In this document: piece after piece, positions 29,220 through 38,495 of the stretch | How the letters are laid out: each line of letters starts with the position of its first letter | How positions within the stretch are numbered: the stretch's first letter is position 1 | Source of the DNA: an uncultured Candidatus Rokubacteria bacterium | Lineage (GTDB): Bacteria > Methylomirabilota > Methylomirabilia > Rokubacteriales > DASRDR01 | DNA length: 64,000 nt | Assembly (NCBI GenBank): GCA_963826115.1 | Contig: CAWGVS010000005.1 | Coordinates: 192,001 to 256,000, forward strand | Direction: 5' to 3' | The notes under the pieces: model-generated | The model's database searches: none | What the model saw: the letters and a program-made list of their open reading frames with translations, nothing else | Told to the model about the DNA's origin: nothing | Translations under genes and position numbers: made by a program

Positions 29220-31624
29220 GGCGTCGCCGGCTGCGCTTCCGGCCGGAGGATGCTCGGGTGGATGCGGAGGTCCCGATCGAGACCGGGTCGCTGGCCGCGC
29301 ACCTGCTGGAGGACCTCCTGGCCCTCGCTGGGGTCCCCGATCACGCGGGGAGTGATCAGCATCAGGAGCTCGGTCCGCTCGATTTTGTCGATGGTGGCGC
29401 CGAACAGGAAGCCGATGACCGGGATCTTGGACAGCCAGGGGATCCCCTGCTTCGAGGAAGCTCGCCGGGTCCGGATGAGCCCGCCCAGCACCAGGGTCTG
29501 GTTGTCTCGCAGGACCACGGACGTCTCAGCCTCCCGCTTGATGATGTCCGGCGAAAAGCTCGGGGGACGGGGGTCGCCCACGTCGTTGACGGTTTGCTTC
29601 ACGTCGAGGGCCACGACCCGCTTGTCGCTGATGCGGGGCGTGACGGTCAGGATGATGCCCGCGTCCCGGTACTCGACGCTCTGGGTGAATGTCCCCGAGA
29701 CGATCCCGGGTTGTTGCTGCCCAGCCGTGGGGCTCACCGGCGTGACGACCTGCTGGGTCACGATGGGCACGGAGTTCGACACGTTGATGACCGCTTTCTT
29801 GTTCTCCGAGGTCATGATGGTCGGGCTCGAGAGCACGGTCAGCTGGCCGTAGTTGGCGTAGAGATTGAGCAGTCCGAGGAAGCGGTCGGTCTCGAACAGG
29901 AGGAAGCTCAGCCCGGCCGTGGCGGGCGCGGCGATCGCCGCGGCGGCGCCGGGGAGCGTCGGACTCGTCTGGCCACCGGCCAGTGGCGACAGCGGGCCCA
30001 CGTCGACTTTCGAGACGGACCCGACGTTGTACGGCTGACCGCCGACCTGCACGTCGCGCTGGGTCCGGATGGCCCACTCGAGGCCCATCCGGTTCTCGTC
30101 GTTCAGCCCCACCTCGGCGACCAGCACCTCGATGAGGACCTGCTTCGGCGTCCGGTCGAGCCTCCGGATCGTGTCCTCGATCAGTGGCCAGTTGCGGGGG
30201 AACGTCGTGACGATCAGCGCGTTGTTGGGCTCGTCGGCGACGACCTTGACCTGGCCCTCGACGACGTTCGGCTCGAGGTCGGACCCGGTCGCGACGACCG
30301 ACACGACGGGCGGCCCGCCTCCCGGCGGGGACCCGCCGGGACCCGGATAGAGCGCGCCGCCGGGCTGGACGTCGCGGCGCTCGACCCGCGGCCCGCCCTC
30401 GCCCGGCTTGCCGAAGATCTCGGTCAGCGTCGTCGCGAGCTCCTTGGCCTTCACGTTCTCGACGTAGTACACGAACACGCGCTTGTTCGCCTGGGTGTCC
30501 ACGTCCAGCTGTGCGGCCAGCTTCTGGGCGAGATCGACGTCGCTCCGCCGGCCGGACACCACCAGGGCGTTCGTGCGCTTGTCGGCGAGGATGAGCGGCG
30601 GGCGGTCCCCCGAATCGCCGACCACGCCGGGGGTCGCGGGCGCGGTCGGCGGAGCGCCGGGGCGCGGCGGCGCGGGGACGGGCACGGGCGTCGGCGACGC
30701 GGAGGTGCGAACCCGCCGGCCGGTGAAGAATTCGTTCAGGATGCGCGCGAGGTCGGTCGCGTCCGCGTAGCGGACCGGGACCAGACGGAGGTCGTCGGTG
30801 GCGACCTCGACGTCGAGCACGCCCACGATCTGGAGGATCCGGGCAACGTTGGCGGCGGTGTCGGTGAGAATCAGAAGGCTGCCCTGGACCAGAACGTTGC
30901 CGCCCTGGACGAACGGCCGGACGGTCGCCGCAACCCGGTCGGCCGGCGCGTACTGGAGCGGCACGATCTGCGTGATGACCTCGTCCTCGCGCCGCGTGGG
31001 GTCGGGCTGGCTCCCGATGACCGTGGGCACCGGCCGCTCGCGCGCAGCCGGCATCGGCAGGATCTTGTAGAGGTTGCCGGACCGGACCGCGGTGACGCCG
31101 TTGACCTCGAGGACGGCGAGGAGGACGTTGAACACCTCGTCCTCGGGGATCCGGCCGGACGTCTGGATCGTGACCTTCTTCCCGGCCACGCCCGGGCCGA
31201 TCGTGTAGTTGAACCCGGCGATCTCGCTGGCGGCCTGGATGACCGCCTCGATGTCGGCGTTGTCGAAGTTCAGGACGATCTGCCGCGCGGGACGCGCCGG
31301 GGGCGTGATGGGCCGGCCGGGCGCGGCCTGCGCCGTCGGTGGGCGGCCCGGCGTGGCACCCGGCGCGCCGAGCGGTGAGGGGACGGGCGCGGGGACCGGA
31401 GCGGTCTCAACGGTGCGCGGCGAGGGACTCGGCAGCGCAACCGGCTGCTCGACCTGACCTGGCGCGGCCGTCCCCGCTGGCGCAGGCGCGGGCGACACCG
31501 TCACCACCGGAGGCGTCGGGCTGGGCGGCGACTTGGAACCGCTGGACCCCGGGCCCGCGCACGCGCCGAGGGCGGCGACCAAGCCCAAGACCGCGATCCG
31601 GCTGCGCGCCAGCTTCTCGATCAT
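29216..31624 (-). CDS. gspD: Type II secretion secretin
   Basis: LNFDNADI N0 domain, N-domain repeats, QVLIEVLVAEV, GIPWLSKIPVIGFLF, RTELLMLITP. Confidence 0.93.
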   Translation of the reverse strand: MIEKLARSRIAVLGLVAALGACAGPGSSGSKSPPSPTPPVVTVSPAPAPAGTAAPGQVEQPVALPSPSPRTVETAPVPAPVPSPLGAPGATPGRPPTAQAAPGRPITPPARPARQIVLNFDNADIEAVIQAASEIAGFNYTIGPGVAGKKVTIQTSGRIPEDEVFNVLLAVLEVNGVTAVRSGNLYKILPMPAARERPVPTVIGSQPDPTRREDEVITQIVPLQYAPADRVAATVRPFVQGGNVLVQGSLLILTDTAANVARILQIVGVLDVEVATDDLRLVPVRYADATDLARILNEFFTGRRVRTSASPTPVPVPAPPRPGAPPTAPATPGVVGDSGDRPPLILADKRTNALVVSGRRSDVDLAQKLAAQLDVDTQANKRVFVYYVENVKAKELATTLTEIFGKPGEGGPRVERRDVQPGGALYPGPGGSPPGGGPPVVSVVATGSDLEPNVVEGQVKVVADEPNNALIVTTFPRNWPLIEDTIRRLDRTPKQVLIEVLVAEVGLNDENRMGLEWAIRTQRDVQVGGQPYNVGSVSKVDVGPLSPLAGGQTSPTLPGAAAAIAAPATAGLSFLLFETDRFLGLLNLYANYGQLTVLSSPTIMTSENKKAVINVSNSVPIVTQQVVTPVSPTAGQQQPGIVSGTFTQSVEYRDAGIILTVTPRISDKRVVALDVKQTVNDVGDPRPPSFSPDIIKREAETSVVLRDNQTLVLGGLIRTRRASSKQGIPWLSKIPVIGFLFGATIDKIERTELLMLITPRVIGDPSEGQEVLQQVRGQRPGLDRDLRIHPSILRPEAQPATP

Positions 31625-32316
31625 TCCTCCTCGGTCGGCGGTTCCTGACCTTCCCCGCTCGGGGGCGGCGGCGGCGGAGCGGGGACTGTGGGCACCCTCG
31701 GCCGCCCCGGAGGACGGATGCCAGGAGGCGGAACAGGAACCGGCGGCCGCGCGACGGCCGGCCGGCCCGCACTGCCACTCTCCGGCGATTGTACGCTGGC
31801 AGGCGCCGAGGGCTGGCGAGGTTTCGCGGGGTCGTAGAGCAGGACCTCGAAGGTCTCGCTCCCCCGGCGCAGGACGACTCGGTCCGGCTGGATTCGCTCG
31901 AGCCGAGCATCGCCCACGACGTCTCCGACCGAGTACCCGAACACCCGCCGGCGCTGCACGTCCTCGAGATACGCTCGGTCCCGCCCCTCGGGGAGGAGCA
32001 CGATGCCGTAGAGCCGCGGCTTCGGCGCGGGCGGAGCGGCGGGTCCCGCCCCCGCCGAGCCGCGGGGCGGCTCCGGCGCTGTCTCGGTCCGCGTCGGGCT
32101 GAAGAGATTGCGATCCGCGACGGCGGCGAACGCGTTGAGGGGCGGACGGGCCGCCGTGGTCGCCGGGGGGGCGGGCGTGTCGGCGGCGACTGCGGCCGGG
32201 GCCTCCAGCGGAGCGGCGGACGGTCGCGAGCCCCAGGCCTCGTAGAGGCGCACGCCGAGGAATGCCGCGGCCACGAGCAAGAGAGCGTCGACGACCAGGA
32301 GCAGCCGGCGGGGCAT
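31621..32316 (-). CDS. GspC/GspN-like inner-membrane T2SS protein
   Basis: N-terminal TM, RNLFSPTR, LYGIV...GDVVGDARLERIQPDRVVL HR-like domain, Pro-rich tail. Confidence 0.65.
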   Translation of the reverse strand: MPRRLLLVVDALLLVAAAFLGVRLYEAWGSRPSAAPLEAPAAVAADTPAPPATTAARPPLNAFAAVADRNLFSPTRTETAPEPPRGSAGAGPAAPPAPKPRLYGIVLLPEGRDRAYLEDVQRRRVFGYSVGDVVGDARLERIQPDRVVLRRGSETFEVLLYDPAKPRQPSAPASVQSPESGSAGRPAVARPPVPVPPPGIRPPGRPRVPTVPAPPPPPPSGEGQEPPTEEE

Positions 32317-32319
32317 GGA

Positions 32320-32934
32320 TCAGCCTCCCGGCCGCGCCGGGGGACCGGCCGTTGCGGGACGCGGCGCGGGCCCGATCGCGGTCGGTGCCGGGATGAAGCC
32401 GCTCACGGCGATGGTCGCCGAGAGGTCCCGCATGGCGCCCGTGGCCGGCGCGCGCACCTTGAGGTCCGTCATCGCGAGGAGGACGGGCGCCTCGTCGAGC
32501 CGGTGGAGGAACGTCGTCAGGCCGCGGATCGGGCCCGACAGGGTCACCTCGACCGGCACCTCCGCGTACCCCCCGCGATCGACCGTCGCGAGGATCCGCT
32601 CGCTGCGGACCTCGATGCCCGCCTCCTGCGCCGTCGTCTTGACGAGCTTCTGGAGCTCGGACGCCGCGACCGGCGCCTTGTCGCCGGCCAGGAGCCGGCC
32701 CCGCCGGCGCGCGACCTCCGCCTTCAGACCGGCCAGCTCGCGACCGTACGCGTCCGCCCGGGCGACCAATCGCTCCTGACGGGCCAGGAGCCCGCGACGG
32801 GCCACCACCAGCTCCTGATTGGCCGCGTGCTTCTCGACGAGCGGCTCGACTACGTAGACGTACCCGGCCACGGCGAGACCGAACAGCGCGGCCACGATCA
32901 GGAGCCGGCGCTCACGGGGGCGGAGTGTTGGCAT
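32320..32934 (-). CDS. gspM: Type II secretion protein M
   Basis: LRPRERRLL + TM + coiled coil + ferredoxin-like domain; position in operon. Confidence 0.75.
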   Translation of the reverse strand: MPTLRPRERRLLIVAALFGLAVAGYVYVVEPLVEKHAANQELVVARRGLLARQERLVARADAYGRELAGLKAEVARRRGRLLAGDKAPVAASELQKLVKTTAQEAGIEVRSERILATVDRGGYAEVPVEVTLSGPIRGLTTFLHRLDEAPVLLAMTDLKVRAPATGAMRDLSATIAVSGFIPAPTAIGPAPRPATAGPPARPGG

Positions 32935-32935
32935 C

Positions 32936-34276
32936 CTAGCGTCCTCCTCCGCGCTGCTCCCACGCGGCGCGGAGCCGGAACTGCTCCTTGTCCCGGCCCT
33001 TGGTCACGGGCGACGTGAACTCGACCCGCTCCAAGCCGGGGGACGCTTCGAGAAGCGGGATGAGCTGCGAGGCGGCGCTGGCGAACCCGCCCAGCTCGAT
33101 GCCCGTTCGATCGACGGACAGGTTCGTGAGCCAGGCGTCGCCGGGAAGGGTATCGGTGAGCTCGCGCAGCACCGGCAGGGGATGGAGCCCCTGCTCCTCG
33201 AACGCGCGCAGCGTCGCGAGCTCGCGCCGGGCGCGCTCCACGTCGCCGACGAGCTGCTCCGCTCGCTGGACCTGCGGGGCGAGGCGGGCGATGTTGGCCT
33301 CGAGCGTCGCGAGCTCTCGCCGCTCCTTCAGGAAGGCCACGGCCGGGATCGCGGCGCCGATCCCGATCGCGAGGAGCGCCAGCGCGGCCGTGGCGGCGAG
33401 CGGCCACGGGAACGGTCGCGGACGCAGCTCGTCCGGCAGGAGGTTCGCGAGCGGCGGCTTCCGGCCCGCGCGCTCGAGCGCCACGGCCAGCGCCGGCAGG
33501 CTTCCGCTCTCCAGGGACTCGAACCCCGGCGGCGGATCGAGTCCCGCGCGCACCGGCAGCCCCTCCGCCGCGAACTCGAGCGGCGCGGTCCCGCCGACCA
33601 CGACCTCGGCGACCTCCATGCGATCCGTCTCCGCCAGGGCCGCGAGCGTCCGGCCCACCTCGGCCTCGAGCGCGCGGGCGCGCGCCTCGGGCTCGGCCGG
33701 TAGCGGGAACGCGCGGCTCGCCACGACCCTCCCGCGGACGACGGCCGCCAGCTCGGCGTCGCCGGCCTCCAGCCAGAGCACGATCCGGCCGCGCGCCGGG
33801 TCGCCCGTCACCAGCCGGGCCAGGGAGTGGATGGCGACGCCCACGAGGCCGGGGACCAGGCCCACCTCCTTGAGGAGGTGGCGGATGCGCTCCTGACCGC
33901 GGCGCTCGACGGCCACGAGGAGCACGCGCAGCGGGCGACCGTCCTCGCTCGCGAGGACCTCGAAGTCGAACAGCGCCTCCGCCGGCGGGAACGGGAGGTG
34001 ACGCTCCAGCTCGAAACCGACCATGCGGCGGAGGTCCACGCCGGGTACGGCCGGCAGCTCGACCGCCTTCGCGACAACGGTGCGCCGGGGGAGGCCCACC
34101 TGCGCGCGGCGCGCGCGGACGCCGGCCTCGAGGAGCTGGCGGCGGATCGCCTCCGCCGCGGCGTCGTCGGCCGGGACGCTGAACGCCGTTACGAGCCGCG
34201 GCGCGCCGAATCGCTTCCGGAGCGCGACGACGTCGACCTGCCCGTCGCGGAGCGCCAGCCCGACGACGTCGCTCAC
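32936..34276 (-). CDS. gspL: GspL / PilM-PilN-like protein
   Basis: Actin-like N-domain (ERHLPFP), NLLP, TM, PilN-like C-terminus; GTG 34276 overlaps gspK stop. Confidence 0.75.
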   Translation of the reverse strand: MSDVVGLALRDGQVDVVALRKRFGAPRLVTAFSVPADDAAAEAIRRQLLEAGVRARRAQVGLPRRTVVAKAVELPAVPGVDLRRMVGFELERHLPFPPAEALFDFEVLASEDGRPLRVLLVAVERRGQERIRHLLKEVGLVPGLVGVAIHSLARLVTGDPARGRIVLWLEAGDAELAAVVRGRVVASRAFPLPAEPEARARALEAEVGRTLAALAETDRMEVAEVVVGGTAPLEFAAEGLPVRAGLDPPPGFESLESGSLPALAVALERAGRKPPLANLLPDELRPRPFPWPLAATAALALLAIGIGAAIPAVAFLKERRELATLEANIARLAPQVQRAEQLVGDVERARRELATLRAFEEQGLHPLPVLRELTDTLPGDAWLTNLSVDRTGIELGGFASAASQLIPLLEASPGLERVEFTSPVTKGRDKEQFRLRAAWEQRGGGR

Positions 34277-35283
34277 GGCGTGCTCCGGCGCGTCTCGGAC
34301 GGGGCGGCGGGCGGCGACCCGGCCGGGCGCGCGGCCTCGGACCAGCGCCAGGAGAGCGGCACGGCCTGGACCTGGCCCCCTCCGGGCGCCTGGCGCTGGA
34401 CGATCGCCGTGAGGACCCGGCCCGCGGGCGCCTCGCCGCCGCCCCATGCCTCGATGCGGAAGATCTCGGCACGCGTCCGCTGGTTCGAGCGCCTGAGCGC
34501 GCCCGGGATCTCCGCCACGTCGATCCAGGGCCGTCGCCCCACGATGAGGTCCACCTCGGCCGGCGCGAACCCGAGCGCGCGCAGCACCGCGGGGCTGGCG
34601 GTGTTGACGTTGACCGCGCCGGTCCCGAAGACCGTGAGGTGCTCGACGAGGCCGGGGGTGCCCGGTCGGCCGTAGAGGAGCGCCCGGGTGACGCCCTGCA
34701 CCTGGAGGAGCTCGTCCACGCTGTCGAAGTCGGCGTTCTTGGAGCGGTATGGGACGGGGAGGCCGAGATAGTAGTCGCTCTCCGCGCCGTTCAGCCGGTG
34801 CTCCTCGTTCGGGTCACGCCAGTCCTGGATGGAGTCCACGATCACGTCGCGGTCCGTCTTCTCGACGCCCGCCTCCTGGAGGAGCCGGTCCAGGACGTCG
34901 CGCGTGGCCCGGTTCAGGTTCAGACGCGCGCTCTCGTCGGTGATGCGGTATGACATCCGACCCGGGTCGAGGCGGACGTCCAGGCGTGCGGGCGCCGTCG
35001 ACGTGCCGAGCCGCGCGCGGCGGAACACGAGGGTCCCGTCGACGTCGAGCTGGTGCGCGAGGGCGTCTGGCAGGATCTCCGCAGTGGCACGCTGCACGCC
35101 GGCCTCGGCGAGCCACGCCTCCGAGATGGCCGACCGGAAGTTCGTGACGGTTACCGCCTCGAGGCGCATCGCCTGGGCGAACTCCCCGACGATTGTGAGG
35201 AGCAGCGCGAGAAGCAGGAGCACGATGATGAGCGCGACACCCTCCTCGCGCGCGCCGGGTCGACCGAATACCCGAAAGCTCAC
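34273..35283 (-). CDS. gspK: Minor pseudopilin K
   Basis: G-VALIIVL, DESARLNLN, DSIQDWRD, GAESDYY, VNVNTA. Confidence 0.88.
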   Translation of the reverse strand: MSFRVFGRPGAREEGVALIIVLLLLALLLTIVGEFAQAMRLEAVTVTNFRSAISEAWLAEAGVQRATAEILPDALAHQLDVDGTLVFRRARLGTSTAPARLDVRLDPGRMSYRITDESARLNLNRATRDVLDRLLQEAGVEKTDRDVIVDSIQDWRDPNEEHRLNGAESDYYLGLPVPYRSKNADFDSVDELLQVQGVTRALLYGRPGTPGLVEHLTVFGTGAVNVNTASPAVLRALGFAPAEVDLIVGRRPWIDVAEIPGALRRSNQRTRAEIFRIEAWGGGEAPAGRVLTAIVQRQAPGGGQVQAVPLSWRWSEAARPAGSPPAAPSETRRSTP

Positions 35284-35909
35284 TTGCTCCGCCGTCCCAT
35301 GGGCAGCGCGACCACGACCGCCGGCGCCGCCCGGGCCATACCGTTCACGGCGAGCTCGAGCCGCACCGCGGTGGGAAGCCCGCCCGCCTCGCGGCCGTCC
35401 CACCGCTCCTGCCACACGCCGTCCTCGTCCCGATAGGCCAGGTTGAAGCGGGCGATCGACCGGGAGAGCACGTGCTCGCGCCCCGGGGCGAACGGCTCCT
35501 CCGTCGGCACCAGCCGTTCGATGAGGCGCAGCGCGTCCTCTCCCTTTCGGCCGAGCACCACCGCGTGGAACGGCGCGGCGGGAGCGTCGAGCGCGAGCGG
35601 CGGGGCGTTCGTCACGAAGCGCACCTCGTCGGGCTCGCCCTCGAAGAGCACGATGCGGTCGGGATTCTGACCGATCCGACCCTGATAGGGCAGCGCCCCG
35701 GCGAGGGCCTCCGTGATCAGCTCGACCAACGCCCGGTTCTCCTGCTGGAGGTTCACCCGCCGCTGCCCCGCTTCCCAGGCGCGAAGGCCGATGCGGAGCG
35801 AGGCGGTGGCCAGGAGCACCACGACCGCCAGGATGGACACGGCCAGGACGATCTCGAGGAGCGTGAAGCCCCGGGCGTCCGTGCGGGGCGCGGGACGCCG
35901 CCGACTCAC
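35280..35909 (-). CDS. gspJ: Minor pseudopilin J
   Basis: GFTLLE prepilin motif; position. Confidence 0.75.
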   Translation of the reverse strand: MSRRRPAPRTDARGFTLLEIVLAVSILAVVVLLATASLRIGLRAWEAGQRRVNLQQENRALVELITEALAGALPYQGRIGQNPDRIVLFEGEPDEVRFVTNAPPLALDAPAAPFHAVVLGRKGEDALRLIERLVPTEEPFAPGREHVLSRSIARFNLAYRDEDGVWQERWDGREAGGLPTAVRLELAVNGMARAAPAVVVALPMGRRSK

Positions 35910-36313
35910 GAGCCGATCCGCCAGGCCCGGAGCGTGACGAGCTCGTAGCGGCGACCCTGTCCCCACTGGACCTCCACGTTCACCCGCGCCAGCCGGACCG
36001 TGAGGGCCTCGGGCGTGTCGGGCTCCACGGGGAGGAGCGAGGGGTCGAGGGTGATCCGGCGCGTCCAGCGGTACGGGCCCTCGCTGCCGGCGGCGGAGCC
36101 CTCGGACAGGGGGCCGGGATCGAGCTCGGCGAGCTTCGCGCTCGCGAGGAGCGCGGCGTCCGCCTGATCCCCCGCCGTTCGGGCGAGGCGGAGCCCGCCG
36201 CCGAACAGCTGGAGGACCGCGACGACCGTGGTCGCCAGGACCACGAGGGCCACGAGGACCTCGATGAGCGTGAAGCCCTCGTCGCGTCGCCGGCGCGCGT
36301 CCCGCGCTCTCAT
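35906..36313 (-). CDS. gspI: Minor pseudopilin I
   Basis: GFTLIEVLVA prepilin motif; position. Confidence 0.78.
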   Translation of the reverse strand: MRARDARRRRDEGFTLIEVLVALVVLATTVVAVLQLFGGGLRLARTAGDQADAALLASAKLAELDPGPLSEGSAAGSEGPYRWTRRITLDPSLLPVEPDTPEALTVRLARVNVEVQWGQGRRYELVTLRAWRIGS

Positions 36314-36322
36314 CCCGCGCGC

Positions 36323-36781
36323 TCAGGGTCCCGGGGCGACGGTCACTCGCCCGGTGATGCCGTGGACCTCGACGACGAGCCGCCGCCCGCCCGAACCCTC
36401 CACGGCCCAGCGCACGTCTCGGCCGAGCCCGCGCGGCGAGAACGTGAGGGCGTCGCCGCCGTCGACCGCCGCCAGACGGAACCGCTCGGACAGCTCGACC
36501 CGGCGGAGCGGCTCGTCGACGCCGACCCAGGCCAGCGCGGCCGCGCGGTGGTTCGACTCGAGGACCACGCGGGTCGGCCGCCGGTGCGTGACGGCCTGCT
36601 GGCGAGCCTCGCGGAGCAGCGAGGCCACGCGCCCGGCGCCCGCCCGGAGCTGGAGGCTCTCGCTGCCCCGTCGGATCGAGGGCAGCGCGAAGGCCGTCAC
36701 GGTCGCCAGGACGGCGAGGACGACCACGAGCTCCATCATCGTGAGCCCGCTCGCGCCGCGCGCCGGGTGAGCGCGGTTCAC
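36323..36781 (-). CDS. gspH: Minor pseudopilin H / FimT-like
   Basis: GLTMMELVVV prepilin motif, FSPRG. Confidence 0.75.
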   Translation of the reverse strand: MNRAHPARGASGLTMMELVVVLAVLATVTAFALPSIRRGSESLQLRAGAGRVASLLREARQQAVTHRRPTRVVLESNHRAAALAWVGVDEPLRRVELSERFRLAAVDGGDALTFSPRGLGRDVRWAVEGSGGRRLVVEVHGITGRVTVAPGP

Positions 36782-37272
36782 TTCGTCTTGCCCTCCGCTC
36801 CCCAGCTGGTCACGTCGGCGGCCTCGCCGTCGCCGCCCGCCGACCCGTCCGAGCCGAGCGAGGTGACGTCGTACTCGCCGTGGTCACCGGGGCTCTTGTA
36901 CTGATAGGCGTTGCCCCAGGGATCCCGGGGCACTTCCTTCTTCAGGTAGGGCCCTTCCCAGCCGGGGGCGTTGCCCGGGCTCTGCTGGAGGGCCTGAAGC
37001 CCCTCCTGGCTCGTCGGGTAGCGACCGACGTCGAGCTTGAACTGATCGAGGGCCGCGCCCAGGAGCTCGATCTGGACCCGGGCCGCGGCCTGGCGCGACT
37101 GGCCGACCCGCCCGAACAGCCGGGGGCCGACGAGCCCCGCGAGCACGCCCAGGATGATGACGACGATGAGGAGCTCGATCAGGGTGAACCCCGCCTGGTC
37201 GAGGCGACGGGGTCGGCGCCGCGTGGCGCGCGCGTCGGGAGAGAGAACGGCGGACCGTCGCGGGTTCGGCAT
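36778..37272 (-). CDS. gspG: Major pseudopilin G
   Basis: GFTLIELL, LDVGRYPT, WEGPYL, DPWGNAYQY, SLGSDG. Confidence 0.93.
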   Translation of the reverse strand: MPNPRRSAVLSPDARATRRRPRRLDQAGFTLIELLIVVIILGVLAGLVGPRLFGRVGQSRQAAARVQIELLGAALDQFKLDVGRYPTSQEGLQALQQSPGNAPGWEGPYLKKEVPRDPWGNAYQYKSPGDHGEYDVTSLGSDGSAGGDGEAADVTSWGAEGKTK

Positions 37273-37280
37273 CGGGGGCC

Positions 37281-38495
37281 TCACAGGGGCAGCTCGTTCA
37301 CGCTCAGGATGGCGAGGAGGATCGCCAGCACGATGGTGAGCACCACCGCGCCCAGGACGACGATGATGGCCGGCTCGAGCGCGGCGACCAGCCGGCGGAC
37401 CGCCACCCGGACCTCGCGCTCGTACGTGGCGGCGACCCGGCCGAGCATCTCGTCCAGGCGACCGGTCTCCTCGCCGACGCGCACCATGTGGACGACGAGG
37501 GAAGGGAACGCGCCCGTATCCGCCATCGGGCGGGCCAGGCCCTCGCCGCGCTTGACGCCGCCGTGCACGGCGATGAGCGCGTTCGCGATGACGCGGTTCC
37601 CGGCGCCCTCGCGGGCCACGTCGAGCGCTCCGAGGAGGGGCACCCCGGACGACAGCAGGGTACCGAGCGTCCGGATGGCGCGCCCGACCTCGACCTTCCG
37701 GAGGACGCCGCCGGCGCCGGGAAGTGCGAGGAGGCCCGTGTCCAGCTGGAGCCGCCCGCCCTCGGAGCGAGCCACCGCTTGCCAGACGGCGACCAGGGCG
37801 AGCACGGCCGCGGCGACGGCCCACCAGTACGTGACGAACGCCTCGCTCACCCCCATGACGATGCGCGTCGGCAGCGGCAGCGTCTGTCCGAGGTCCGCCA
37901 GGATCACCGCGAAGCGCGGCAGCACGAAGGTCAGGAGGAAGACGACCGCGGCGGCGCCCACGAGGAGCAGGAGCGCCGGGTAGATGAGAGCGGAGACCAC
38001 CGCCTCGCGGAGCTCGCGGGCGCTCTCGAGGTGCTCGGCCAGGCGGCGGAGGGCGACCTCGAGGACGCCGCCGCGCTCGCCGGCCCGGACGGTGTTCACG
38101 TAGAGGCGCGTGAAGGGACGCGGCTGGTGGTGCGCCAGGGCGTCCGCGAGCGTCGAGCCGGAGCGGACGCTCTGCGTCACGTCCTGCACGATCTGGCGGA
38201 GTCGCCGGTTGCCGGACACGTCCCCCAGAATCACCAGGGCCCGCTCGAGCGGCAGCCCCGCCTCGACGAGCGTGGCGAGCTGCTGGGTGAAGTCGAGCAC
38301 GTCGCGCGTGGGCACGCGGGGCGCGCCGAGAAGCCGCCGCCCCGGCCGGCCGCGCTCGTCGGCCGCCTCGACCCGGAGGGGGAAGTAATTCTCCCGGTGG
38401 AGGCGCTCGACGACCGCGTTCGCGTCGTACGCCTCCATCACGCCGTCGACCGTCCGGCCGGCGCGGTCGGCCGCCCGGTAGGCGAAGACCGGCAC
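37281..38495 (-). CDS. gspF: Type II secretion inner-membrane protein F
   Basis: MPVFAYRA start, FTQQLATLVEAGLPL, ALIYP, GEETGRLD, LEP. Confidence 0.92.
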   Translation of the reverse strand: MPVFAYRAADRAGRTVDGVMEAYDANAVVERLHRENYFPLRVEAADERGRPGRRLLGAPRVPTRDVLDFTQQLATLVEAGLPLERALVILGDVSGNRRLRQIVQDVTQSVRSGSTLADALAHHQPRPFTRLYVNTVRAGERGGVLEVALRRLAEHLESARELREAVVSALIYPALLLLVGAAAVVFLLTFVLPRFAVILADLGQTLPLPTRIVMGVSEAFVTYWWAVAAAVLALVAVWQAVARSEGGRLQLDTGLLALPGAGGVLRKVEVGRAIRTLGTLLSSGVPLLGALDVAREGAGNRVIANALIAVHGGVKRGEGLARPMADTGAFPSLVVHMVRVGEETGRLDEMLGRVAATYEREVRVAVRRLVAALEPAIIVVLGAVVLTIVLAILLAILSVNELPL

